Shown here one piece after another: positions 38,166 to 49,360 of a DNA stretch of 64,000 nt. The position numbers and the translations under genes were made by a program. Origin of the DNA: Phycisphaeraceae bacterium (lineage in GTDB: Bacteria; Planctomycetota; Phycisphaerae; Phycisphaerales; Phycisphaeraceae); the NCBI GenBank assembly GCA_963674705.1, contig OY771506.1:1216001-1280000 (forward strand), written 5' to 3'. The first letter of the stretch is position 1. The number at the start of each line of letters is the position of its first letter. Below the pieces are notes generated by a model. The model made no database searches. It saw only the letters and a program-made list of their open reading frames with translations, and was not told where the DNA came from.

Positions 38166-38256
38166 CTGCGCATCAGCGCTTCACCCTTTTTCACTTCAAC
38201 ATCCTATCCATCAACAATTCCAAATCATACATCCTCAATCATAAATCATAAATCCG

Positions 38257-38694
38257 TCACCCGTCCGGTTTCGCCTTGCCGATATCCGCTAATCCCAACG
38301 GGTCCTCCGGCACGGCAAACATACTCCGCTTCACCTTCGCCCCCTTCTGCATCACCACGTTCGGCGCGGTCAGGTCGCCGTGATAATCACACTTCGGCCC
38401 GAGCGTGACCGTCCCGCCGGAGAGCACGTGCTTAGCGTCGATGATCCCCTGGCAGTCGATCCCGCCGTGCGCCTCGATCGTTTCGACGATGAGTCGGCCA
38501 CGCTTTGCGACGGTGATCTTGCCGCAGGTCCTAAGCTCCTTGAGCGGGCCACGCAGCTTGGTGATGTGTTCGTCCCCGACCATCAGGGCCTTGTTGCAGC
38601 CCGGGCAGGATGTGGACTGGGCGCGACCGCTGACCTCGAAGCGATGTCCGCAGTGGTAACACTGAACCAGGCGTGGGCCTTGGTGTCGCGCCAT
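38257..38694 (-). CDS. bactofilin-like protein with N-terminal zinc ribbon
   Basis: CYHC...CPGC followed by beta-helical repeats (GKITV, GTVTLG, GDLTAPNVVMQKGAKV). Confidence 0.8.
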   Translation of the reverse strand: MARHQGPRLVQCYHCGHRFEVSGRAQSTSCPGCNKALMVGDEHITKLRGPLKELRTCGKITVAKRGRLIVETIEAHGGIDCQGIIDAKHVLSGGTVTLGPKCDYHGDLTAPNVVMQKGAKVKRSMFAVPEDPLGLADIGKAKPDG

Positions 38695-38802
38695 GAGTAA
38701 AACCGCGAGTGGATCTCGGGTGGTGAAGGTACGCAGTACCTAAGCGCGCAGCGGCGCGCCGTCGATCGACGGCCGATCGCACTTAGCCATTACGCATGAC
38801 GC

Positions 38803-39219
38803 TTACTTCTTGGGAGGCTGACCGCCCGGCTGCGGTTGTCCGCCTTGTGGCTGGCCGCCACCGCTCGGCGCCGCTGAACTGGGCCTGCCCGAATCCGGAC
38901 CGACGGCACACATGCCGTGGAAACTTGCCCCCTCGCTCATCACCATCTTCGCCGCGGTGATGTCGCCGCGCACGACGCCCGAGCCGTTGAGCTTGACGGT
39001 GTCCTTGGCGTTGAGGTTGCCCTCGACCAGCCCGTCGACCTGCACGCCCGCGGCGTCCACATCGGCTTTGCACTGCGCGTTCTGGCTGACCTGAAGCTCA
39101 CCCTTGCCCGTGATCTTCCCGTCGAACTTCCCGTTGATCCTGGCGGTCCGCTCGAATGTGAGCTCGCCCTTGAAGTGGCTGTCCGAGCCTACGATGGTGG
39201 TGTCGCCTGTTTCGGCCAT
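38803..39219 (-). CDS. bactofilin (CcmA family polymer-forming cytoskeletal protein)
   Basis: TIVGSDSHFKGEL...VDGLVEGNL...GDITAAKMVMSEGASFHG. Confidence 0.92.
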   Translation of the reverse strand: MAETGDTTIVGSDSHFKGELTFERTARINGKFDGKITGKGELQVSQNAQCKADVDAAGVQVDGLVEGNLNAKDTVKLNGSGVVRGDITAAKMVMSEGASFHGMCAVGPDSGRPSSAAPSGGGQPQGGQPQPGGQPPKK

Positions 39220-39512
39220 GTCTAACTCCTTGACTATAAGGGTGAAAAATACAACTAACGCAGCCGCCCACCGCGGCCACAGTGTTAACTAAGTGTAAGT
39301 CAGGTCAGGTCCTTTGGGTAGGTGCGCTAAACTGGCCCGATCAAACCCCGGCAGGGCTGTTTTCAGGCCGCCCCTCTTTCGCGGGCCCCGGGCAATCGAG
39401 ATTGAAATTAACTCGCAATACCAAAGCACTTACGGCGATTGCAGAATGCTTTTACATAAACTTCCCTCTAATATGTTGCTTCACAGGATGATTTGAACCC
39501 GAAAGGCGATCA

Positions 39513-41978
39513 ATGCCCCCCCAAGCCCTGCGTCTACCAATCACACTGCCCGAAGACCCTCGCCAACGCTCGCTCTACGCGGGCTGCCTGCAGGATCGGC
39601 TCGCCGGCCAGCGCGGCGTCCAGTCCGTCCGCCTCGTCGAAGATGAGGGCTCGGATGGCAAAACCCGCAGCGGATACATCGAACTCGACTACGACCCCCA
39701 CATCGTCAGCCTCACCCAGATCAACGGCTATCTCCGCACGGCCGACAGTTGCCTCAGCGAATCCGTCGGCCACGTCGTGATGCCCGTCGAACGCATCGTC
39801 TCGGCGCGGCACGAAAAAACCATCGAAGCCAAACTCAACCGCTTGCCCGGCGTCCGGTGCAGCGCTTCCTACACCTCGCAAACCCTGCGGATCGAATTCG
39901 ACCGCCAGCAGTGCGCCCTGCCGCAGATCGTGTTCGTGCTCGAACAGGAAGGCGTCCGCGTCCTGCCCACACGAACGCCCGGCAGCCTCAGCGTCGATCA
40001 GGATGTTAAGCAGACTGGCCCGACCGCTTCCGCTTTCCAGCCACAACAGCACGGCTGGTTCCGCTCGGCACTGCGAGAAAAAGACATCGTGCTCGCGGTG
40101 TTGGCCGGACTCTTCCTGCTGGGCGGTTTCCTCGTCCACATCACCGGCGGACCGCAGGAAATCCGCATCGCGCTGTTGCTCGTCAGTTATGTCTGTGGCG
40201 GCTTCTACCCCGCACAGGACATGATCGAAACCCTCGCCGACTTCAAACTCGATATCGACCTGCTTATGTTCGCCGCTGCTTTCGGTGCTGCGGCGCTCGG
40301 GCACTTTGAAGAAGGCGCGATGCTGTTGTTCCTGTTCAGTCTCGGTGGCGCGGGTGAAAGGCTTGCGATCAGCCGGGCGCGCGGCGCGATCAAAGCCTTG
40401 GCAGACCTCACACCACAGACCGCCATGCTCGTTCAACCTGACGGTAAGCCGCGCGAAGTCCCCGTCGAAGAATTGCGCATCGGTGACCGCGTTCTGGTTG
40501 CACCCGGTCAACGTCTGCCCGCCGACGGCAAAATCATCACGGGCGATTCCGCCATCGATCAATCTCCCATCACAGGTGAATCCGTCCCTGTCGATAAACT
40601 GCCCGGCGACAGCGTCTTTGCCGGCACGATCAACGGCGACGGCACACTCACCGTCGAAGTCGGCAAACTCGCATCCGACAACACGCTCGCCAAAGTCGTA
40701 CGCATGGTCGAAGAAGCGCAAACCACCAAGAGCCCGACACAGTTGTTTACCGACCGCGTCGAGAAGTGGTATGTCCCGCTGGTCGTGATCGCGACGGTGA
40801 TGCTGATTGTTATTCCGCCGTTAGCCGGCCTGCAACCGAGGCGCGAACACACCAGCGACTGGGCGGGCTGGTTCTACCAGGCGATGGCGTTCCTCACCGC
40901 CGCGTCTCCCTGTGCATTAGCGATCGGCACCCCGGCCGCGGTCCTCAGCGGGATCGCACGTGCGGCGCGCGAAGGCATGCTCGTTAAAGGCGGCGCACAC
41001 CTGGAAAACCTCGGCCGCGTTCGCGCGATCGCTTTCGACAAAACAGGCACACTCACCTTCGGCCGGCCCGAAGTGACGGATATCGTCCCGCTTGCAGATA
41101 ACGTTGATGAACAGCGACTGCTTTTCCTCGCCGCATCGGTCGAAGCCGGCAGCCGGCACCCGATCGCAGAAGCGATCGTGAACGCTGCTGACAACCGCTC
41201 GATCCCGCACACCATGGCGGACGACATCGACCAGACGCCCGGCATCGGCATCAGCGGCGTCGTCGATGCAGCGACCATCACCGTCGGCCGCCCCGCTTCG
41301 TTCGCCAATCCCCTGCAAGGCGTCGAACCCATGCAGCAGCGCGCGATCGATTTGGAAGATGCTGGCCGAACCGTCGTCGCGATCGCCGATGACAAACAAA
41401 TCCTCGGCATCATCGGGCTTGCAGATAAGGCCAGGCCCGAAGCGCGCGAAATGATCGCTAAACTCAAAGACTACGGCGTCAACCACACCATCATGCTCAC
41501 CGGCGACAACCAACGCACCGCCGCCGCCATCGCCAAAAACGTCGGCATCGATGAATACCTCGCAGACCTCATGCCCGAAGACAAGGTCGGGAAGGTCCGT
41601 GAACTGGACGCACGCTACACACGCGTCGCCATGGTCGGTGACGGCGTCAACGATGCACCCGCCATGGCAAATGCAACCGTCGGCATCGCGATCGGCGGCG
41701 CCGCCGGCTCCGCAAGTGATGTGGCGCTGGAAACCGCTGACATCGTCCTGCTCGCTGACAACCTCGGCAAACTCCCTGCCGCCATGAGTGTCTCGCGCTT
41801 CGCACGCAGGATCATCATCCAGAACCTGGTCATCGCGCTGGGCGTGATTATCGTCCTCGCACCGATCGCCGCGCTCGGCGGCACACCGATATCCCTGGCC
41901 GTCCTCTTCCACGAGGGATCCACCGTCCTGGTCGTCATCAACTCCCTGCGCATCCTCACACATAAAACCGATGGCTGA
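39513..41978 (+). CDS. heavy-metal P1B-type ATPase (P1B-4-like: SPC and HEGST motifs)
   Basis: TGES, SPCAL, DKTGT, HP, TGDN, GDGVNDAP, HEGST. Confidence 0.93.
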   Translation: MPPQALRLPITLPEDPRQRSLYAGCLQDRLAGQRGVQSVRLVEDEGSDGKTRSGYIELDYDPHIVSLTQINGYLRTADSCLSESVGHVVMPVERIVSARHEKTIEAKLNRLPGVRCSASYTSQTLRIEFDRQQCALPQIVFVLEQEGVRVLPTRTPGSLSVDQDVKQTGPTASAFQPQQHGWFRSALREKDIVLAVLAGLFLLGGFLVHITGGPQEIRIALLLVSYVCGGFYPAQDMIETLADFKLDIDLLMFAAAFGAAALGHFEEGAMLLFLFSLGGAGERLAISRARGAIKALADLTPQTAMLVQPDGKPREVPVEELRIGDRVLVAPGQRLPADGKIITGDSAIDQSPITGESVPVDKLPGDSVFAGTINGDGTLTVEVGKLASDNTLAKVVRMVEEAQTTKSPTQLFTDRVEKWYVPLVVIATVMLIVIPPLAGLQPRREHTSDWAGWFYQAMAFLTAASPCALAIGTPAAVLSGIARAAREGMLVKGGAHLENLGRVRAIAFDKTGTLTFGRPEVTDIVPLADNVDEQRLLFLAASVEAGSRHPIAEAIVNAADNRSIPHTMADDIDQTPGIGISGVVDAATITVGRPASFANPLQGVEPMQQRAIDLEDAGRTVVAIADDKQILGIIGLADKARPEAREMIAKLKDYGVNHTIMLTGDNQRTAAAIAKNVGIDEYLADLMPEDKVGKVRELDARYTRVAMVGDGVNDAPAMANATVGIAIGGAAGSASDVALETADIVLLADNLGKLPAAMSVSRFARRIIIQNLVIALGVIIVLAPIAALGGTPISLAVLFHEGSTVLVVINSLRILTHKTDG

Positions 41979-42091
41979 ATAGAACGGATCAACGACATGC
42001 GTAACACGATGGGTGTCACACTTTGACTCCGCAGGAGCAAAGTGTGCAAGTAACAGCACACCGCGCCGAGAGCAACACGTTACGCGCAACA

Positions 42092-42124
42092 AACAACCCG
42101 GCAGCCAACGCCGTCGGGTTGTTC
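42092..42124. terminator. hairpin between convergent genes
   Basis: aacaacccg...cgggttgtt stem. Confidence 0.45.
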
Positions 42125-42144
42125 AATGTGTGATTCAGTTACGT

Positions 42145-43518
42145 TTACTTCGCCAGCGCGCCCATCGGGTCCCACGGCGGTAGCACGATCGGTTCCAGCT
42201 CGACCGCTTCCTTCAGTTCTTCCGGCAAATGTTCGCAGTGGATCGCCACCTCGAACATGTACTCGTCGAACCACGAGTCGTTCATGATGTAGAAACCCTT
42301 CTTGCCGTTCTCATCGCCCCAACTGTTCTCGACGCGCCAACGCCGAGGCGAATCATCGTCCTTCACATCCACGCCGGTGAACAGCATCGCGTGCGTCATC
42401 AGCGTCTGATGATAGATCAAACGCTCAGCCTTGGTGTGATTGAACGGTGTCTGGTAAACGCCTTCATAATCGAACAGCTTCGCGTCCCACAGCCCGAGGT
42501 TGCGCTGCATCATCTTCCCGACGTCGCAGCCCATCCACACCGGCTCGCCACCGATGAGCGTCTTCATCGTCAGCTTCTTCATCAGGTCCATCTCGATGTT
42601 CAGGTACTTCACCGGCTTACCGCCGATGACGTTGCCCAGATGCGCAACCGTGAACGTCTTACCCATCGGGCTCGTCGGCCGCGGGTCGTGAACAAGACAG
42701 ACATATTCATCCAGCGGCAGTGTGCAATACAAATCCGCAAACTCCAGCGGCGTCAGTTCACCATCACGATGGAAACGCTTGTCTTCATCCTGCCACTGCC
42801 AGACAAACTTCTCCGGCGGCGTGCCTAAATGAATGCACAACACGCGGTACACCGCTTCGACGATCTCAAGCTTCGCCGCCGCAACTTCATTGTCCGACTT
42901 CTTGTCCGCAATCATCTTGCGAAGTTTCGCCGCACCCTGTCGCAGCACCGTTAGAAGGATGCTGTTCATACGAGGTGTGTTACCCGAGCTTTCCGTCTCC
43001 GGCATAAACGCCTTGGGGACCAGCCCGTGCTTGCGCACGATACTCACGAACATGTTCCACTGACCGCCGTCATCCAAAGGCCGATCCAGCAGGTACGCCA
43101 CCACGCGATCGTCCGCGTCTTTGTCGGCCGTAGCAATAATCTGTTCGAGGAAGTAATTCGCCCGTTCGAGCTTGTCCCAGAACAGCGTATAGTTCTGGCT
43201 GAACTCGAAGTTCTTCAGCTTCATCTTCTTCATCGCCCCGACGCGCAGCAGGTTCAACCCCGCGAACATCCAGCAGCGCCCGGACTTCTTCTGGTTCGTC
43301 ACTTCCCAGTCGTCCAGGTGATGGCTGAACGTGTGGTCCATCGTCGTGACGACTTCGCGATTCAGCGCGACTTCATCGACCGCCGTCTGCGTGACCGCGT
43401 TCTGCATCAGCCTGTTACGCGGGTCGGCCGCAAACGAGGCACGCAATTCAGACAGAGTCTTTTCATCCAGCGCCGCCTCGGCCGCGCTCACGGAAGGATC
43501 AGATGACAGGGTAGACAC
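42145..43518 (-). CDS. pepC: aminopeptidase C / bleomycin hydrolase (peptidase C1B)
   Basis: NQKKSGRCWMFA, THAM, VENSWG, PWDPMGALA. Confidence 0.95.
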   Translation of the reverse strand: MSTLSSDPSVSAAEAALDEKTLSELRASFAADPRNRLMQNAVTQTAVDEVALNREVVTTMDHTFSHHLDDWEVTNQKKSGRCWMFAGLNLLRVGAMKKMKLKNFEFSQNYTLFWDKLERANYFLEQIIATADKDADDRVVAYLLDRPLDDGGQWNMFVSIVRKHGLVPKAFMPETESSGNTPRMNSILLTVLRQGAAKLRKMIADKKSDNEVAAAKLEIVEAVYRVLCIHLGTPPEKFVWQWQDEDKRFHRDGELTPLEFADLYCTLPLDEYVCLVHDPRPTSPMGKTFTVAHLGNVIGGKPVKYLNIEMDLMKKLTMKTLIGGEPVWMGCDVGKMMQRNLGLWDAKLFDYEGVYQTPFNHTKAERLIYHQTLMTHAMLFTGVDVKDDDSPRRWRVENSWGDENGKKGFYIMNDSWFDEYMFEVAIHCEHLPEELKEAVELEPIVLPPWDPMGALAK

Positions 43519-43671
43519 GAGTTAACTCCCACTAATAGATAACAGTTTGGGCACAATATAGCCTGTTTATACAATAATTAATAGAGACGCCCCAGTTTCC
43601 GACCGAGCCCTTGTTTAATCCGACATTTTTCTCTTTCCCCCGCCCCCTGATCAAAATATAATCTCCTCACC

Positions 43672-44877
43672 ATGTCAAACGGGGAAACGCACACACCGAC
43701 GGACCTTCAGGCTTTGGAGCATTTTGTCGTGGAAAACGACGAGCTGCTGGAACTGGAAGAACGGATCGGGCGGTTCAACATCTTCGACGCCCTGCGGATC
43801 GTGGATGCCGAGATACGCCACTCCAACTTCCTGGCCTGGCTCCTGGACCCGAACGAATCGCACGGCCAGGGGCCGCTGTTCCTCAAAGCTATCTTGATGG
43901 ACCTGCTGCGGCAGAGCCCGCCCGACCTGCGCCCCTTGAGCCCCGTCCAGATCGACGGCGCTGAATTGCGGGGCGTAGACATCCGCCGCGAGTGGCGCAA
44001 CATCGACATCTTGATTACCTGCAAAGACCCGGCGTTTGTGATTGCGATCGAGAACAAGATCAAAGCGGGCAAGTACAACCCGTTCAAAGAATACGAAAAA
44101 CGCATTCAGGCCGAGTTCCGCGGCCAGCCCACCATGTTCGTCCTGCTGACCACAGACGGTTCGGAGCTTGAAGACTCGCAGTGGGTGCCCTACTCCTACG
44201 AAGACATCCACAGCGTTTTAACGCGCGTGCGCAAAACCCACGCCACCAGCATCGGCGACGACGTGCTCGCCTTCCTCGACCACTACATCCGCCTGATCGG
44301 GAGCCGCTTTATGGACGATCCGAAAATCGACGAACTGTGCCAGACGATTTATAAGAATCATCGGCGAGCAATCGAGATGATTGTTGAACGCACTAAAGCG
44401 GGTCGATCTGAATTGCTGTCCGCTATCGAGGACTTGATTCGTTCGGATGAGCAGCGTTGGGTATTCCTGAATTCGACGACTCGTAATATCGCGTTTCTAC
44501 CCAAGCGGTGGTATGAATGCGTGCCGCCCATTGGAGATAATCCCAGAAAAGACCCTCGGTCATGGTTGTATTGGGATTTGTGGTGCTATAACGGTTCATG
44601 TCGTTGGCGTCTGGTTTGTAACAAGGTTAACGACGAGTCGTTGCGCAAGAATATTGTGTCGGCTATCAGCGGTTCTCAAGCGGGATTTGGGTTGAAGGCG
44701 CGCAAACGAGATTTATCGCGTGGGTGGAACAGTCTTGGTTTACGTCTGATCGAAAAGTGGGCGGATGACGACCCAGAACCGCAAGTAATTATCCCAAAGA
44801 TAGAAAAGCTTATGGCCAAGTTGGAACAAGAGCTGGCGGGTATACCCGACGTTTTAAAGAAGATAAAGCTTGCATAA
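43672..44877 (+). CDS. PD-(D/E)XK nuclease family protein (PDDEXK_4-like)
   Basis: FNIF..EIRHSNFLAWLLDP..HG, RREW.NIDILI, IAIENKI. Confidence 0.85.
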   Translation: MSNGETHTPTDLQALEHFVVENDELLELEERIGRFNIFDALRIVDAEIRHSNFLAWLLDPNESHGQGPLFLKAILMDLLRQSPPDLRPLSPVQIDGAELRGVDIRREWRNIDILITCKDPAFVIAIENKIKAGKYNPFKEYEKRIQAEFRGQPTMFVLLTTDGSELEDSQWVPYSYEDIHSVLTRVRKTHATSIGDDVLAFLDHYIRLIGSRFMDDPKIDELCQTIYKNHRRAIEMIVERTKAGRSELLSAIEDLIRSDEQRWVFLNSTTRNIAFLPKRWYECVPPIGDNPRKDPRSWLYWDLWCYNGSCRWRLVCNKVNDESLRKNIVSAISGSQAGFGLKARKRDLSRGWNSLGLRLIEKWADDDPEPQVIIPKIEKLMAKLEQELAGIPDVLKKIKLA

Positions 44878-44885
44878 TGTTGTTC

Positions 44886-44915
44886 GCCCACGTTCGGCGA
44901 ACGTGGGCTTCGGGG
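44886..44915 (+). repeat. REP hairpin of the RAYT1 family, copy 1
   Basis: gcccacgttcg-g-cgaacgtgggc-ttcgggg. Confidence 0.85.
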
Positions 44916-44933
44916 TATTTCTTGGAGTCATTG

Positions 44934-45533
44934 ATGCCCGGGTGGAACGGCTGGTATCACTGTATGGCCAACACCTACGGCACCTGGTTGCCGGGGGACC
45001 CGCGCGGGTTTCGCACGCGCAATCACCGGGAGCACGTTGATGGTGATTACAAGAATCCGCCACCCAAAGGTAAGTACGACCAGCGGCACGAGTCAGCGAA
45101 GTCCCGGATGGATCGGGAGGCTGTCTACCTGACGCCTGAGGCGAGGCGGGTAGTGTGCGAAGAGTTGCAGGATTCACTGGTAAGACATGGTGCTGAGCCC
45201 ATCGTCATCAGTGTCAGCGTCATGCACATGCATGTCTTAGCGCGGTTCCCGCTTGAAGGGAAGCCCGCGTTCGCCGAACGTGGGCTTCGGGGCAAACCTA
45301 CATCAGCAGTGGATGATCCCGTGCGTCACATCATGGGGCTTGCCAAACAGTGGTCCGCCAAGCGTTTGATTGCTGAAAACCTCACCGCTCCCGGCGGCAT
45401 CTGGGCGGGCAAGGGGAAAATCGTTCCGATCAAAGATCGATCGCATCAAGTCCGAGTCTATCACTACATCCTCAACCACGGCCCCAAAGAAAATGCAGCG
45501 GTGTGGTGCTTTCGGGATAGTAAACACGAGTGA
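44934..45533 (+). mobile_element. REP-associated tyrosine transposase (RAYT, IS200/Y1 HUH family), RAYT1
   Basis: TYGTWLPGDPRG N-terminal motif, HMH HUH motif, W..G and YIL.H catalytic Tyr region; flanked by REP hairpins. Confidence 0.85.
45260..45292 (+). repeat. REP hairpin of the RAYT1 family, copy 2 (inside the RAYT ORF)
   Basis: gaagcccgcgttcg-c-cgaacgtgggcttc-gggg. Confidence 0.85.
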
Positions 45534-45545
45534 GTAAACAACAAA

Positions 45546-45580
45546 GAAGCCCGCGTTCGTCGAACGTGGGCTTCCGGGGG
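45546..45580 (+). repeat. REP hairpin of the RAYT1 family, copy 3
   Basis: gaagcccgcgttcg-t-cgaacgtgggcttc-cggggg. Confidence 0.85.
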
Positions 45581-45604
45581 TTTATTTTGTATTCCGTCTT
45601 TCGC

Positions 45605-47215
<1,611 letters not shown>

Positions 47216-47335
47216 TCATTGACAGGATCACCACACACCCGTTCTGCCACGATCTGGGGAATTTGATTCGTACTTGCTGGATAACGTGTTATACTCACCC
47301 AGCCCTATTGTTATCAGACGCATGGAGGCGTCCGC

Positions 47336-48526
47336 TTGACCGCGACGAATTCCTCATCCATCCAGGAAACTTCCGCCCAAGGCCAGCCCGCCGATATCGC
47401 TGCGCCTCAGCAGCACCCGCCGCAGGCTGAATCCACCCCCACCCAGCCCACGCCACAGCAGTCCGCCCAGCAGCCCCAGCCCCAGCCCCAGCCCAAGCAA
47501 CAACATGACACGCCGGCTGCCGAACCCCAACCGGTCAGCGAGCCTGTCATCACCCCCGGCATCCAGCCGACCGTTTCGCATAAAGACCCCGAGCCCACAC
47601 CGCCACCCGCCGCGCCCAAGCCGGATAACAACCGCCCGACGCGCATCATCGCCCTGATGAACCAGAAAGGCGGCGTCGGCAAAACCACCACCTGCACCAA
47701 CCTCGGCGCAGCCCTCGCCCGCATGGGCCAGCGCGTCCTCATGATCGACCTTGATCCGCAGGCCCACCTCACGCTCTCGCTCGGCGTCGACCCCGACGCG
47801 ATCGAAAAGAGCATGTACGACCTGCTCACCGATCCCACCACCACCGCACAAGAGGTCGTTCAACCCATCGGTGAAGACGGCCAACTCCAGATCCTCCCCG
47901 CCGAAGTCAACCTCGCCGGCGTCGAAGCCGAACTGGCCGACAAAGTCGTCACCGGCATGGCGCAGACGGTTTTAAAGCAGAAAGTCGCTCCGTTTGTGTC
48001 GGGTACCGGGTATCGGGTATCGGGTCTCGGAAGAGGCCAGGAACAAGACCCGAAACCCGAAGCCCGAAGCCCGAAACCCGACTACATCCTCATCGACTGC
48101 CCACCTAGCCTCGGCCTGCTCACCGTCAACGCCCTCACGCTCGCCAGCGAAGTCATCGTCCCCATGCAGGCGCACTTCCTGGCGCTGCAAGGCCTCGGCA
48201 AGCTCTTCGAAACCATCATGATGATGAAGCAGGGCATCAACCCCTCGCTCAGCGTCGCCGGCGTCGTCCTCTGCATGCACGAGGGCAACACCATCCTCGC
48301 CAACGAAGTCATCAACGATGTCAACGGCTTCCTCGAAGCCGCCCGAGGCACCGATGCCCCCTGGGCCGACGCCGTCGTCTACCACCCGCCCATCCGCCGC
48401 AACATCAAACTCGCCGAAAGCCCCAGCTTCGGCCAAAGCATCTTCGACTACGCCCCCGACTGCCACGGTGCTCAGGACTACGCCAAGCTCGCCGAGTCCG
48501 TCATCGGCCAGCGCGTCAACCAATAA
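47336..48526 (+). CDS. ParA/Soj family ATPase with Pro/Gln-rich N-terminal extension
   Basis: GGAGG RBS + TTG; NQKGGVGKTTT, DLDPQ, DCPPSLG, IRRNIKLAESPSFG. Confidence 0.92.
   Translation: MTATNSSSIQETSAQGQPADIAAPQQHPPQAESTPTQPTPQQSAQQPQPQPQPKQQHDTPAAEPQPVSEPVITPGIQPTVSHKDPEPTPPPAAPKPDNNRPTRIIALMNQKGGVGKTTTCTNLGAALARMGQRVLMIDLDPQAHLTLSLGVDPDAIEKSMYDLLTDPTTTAQEVVQPIGEDGQLQILPAEVNLAGVEAELADKVVTGMAQTVLKQKVAPFVSGTGYRVSGLGRGQEQDPKPEARSPKPDYILIDCPPSLGLLTVNALTLASEVIVPMQAHFLALQGLGKLFETIMMMKQGINPSLSVAGVVLCMHEGNTILANEVINDVNGFLEAARGTDAPWADAVVYHPPIRRNIKLAESPSFGQSIFDYAPDCHGAQDYAKLAESVIGQRVNQ
47998..48082. repeat. in-frame heptamer inverted repeat inside ParA
   Basis: (tcgggta)n arm and (acccgaa/gcccgaa)n arm. 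Confidence 0.85.
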
Positions 48527-48693
48527 ACCATCATCCGCAATCTTCACACCCCCAGGCGAGGCCGGTTCACCGGCCGTGTCTTCTAATGTTCTTCAGTCAC
48601 ACATCCTCACAAGACACACCCACGCCACTTATTCTGCCTCCCAAATCCGCACAATCTGCGAATAACCTCTGACTTGCCCAAATCACGCCCATC

Positions 48694-48723
48694 AAAAAAC
48701 CGCCCCATGGCGGGGGCGGTCTT
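48694..48723 (-). terminator. intrinsic terminator downstream of flgM
   Basis: accgcccc/ggggcggt stem with A-tract on the + strand. Confidence 0.75.
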
Positions 48724-48760
48724 TACGTAAATCAATATGTGTTTACTTCAAGGTCTTAAA

Positions 48761-49036
48761 TCACAGGATGTCTTCGATCAGGTTTTCGATCGCGGTATCG
48801 GTCTTTTCTTCGGTTTCATAGCTGCCGTCGGCGATCGAAGCCTTCACGCGGTCGATAAGTTCCTGGCGTACGTCGGGAAGCTCGGCGATCTTACTGAGAT
48901 ATTGAGCGCTGTCTGATAATTCGACCTGGTCTTCGCCCCGCTGGGCGGTCGTGGTCGAAGTCTCGGGCTTGCTCGGACGAACTCTGGGTTCGAGGGTTGT
49001 CGCGGCTGGTCGGTTGATCGGGGTTACGTCGCTCAT
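48761..49036 (-). CDS. flgM: flagellar anti-sigma-28 factor
   Basis: DQVELS..A...VRQELIDRVKASIADGSY; AGGAG RBS. Confidence 0.88.
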   Translation of the reverse strand: MSDVTPINRPAATTLEPRVRPSKPETSTTTAQRGEDQVELSDSAQYLSKIAELPDVRQELIDRVKASIADGSYETEEKTDTAIENLIEDIL

Positions 49037-49360
49037 AACTGTCTCCTAACTGACAACGGCCTGACACCTGGTCAAGGTCTGGCCGTACGGGGAACACGAT
49101 CGCAACAAGCGATGACTGGTGTGCCCTTACGCATATATTTATCGCCCAAGCCTTGAGCGCAGCTTGAAGTTATGAATCTGAGGGTGTGTTTTCGCTTAAA
49201 GACATTATAAGCAAGCGTTTAAATTAAATCACAACCCCTCAATGTCTGATAATCCACACCCCGCCTGTACTGGTACAAATGCACCCAACCTCAATCTTAT
49301 ACACAACTTATCCACACCCTGAACATTTACCTAACGACTAAAAAATACATCTAAAATAAT

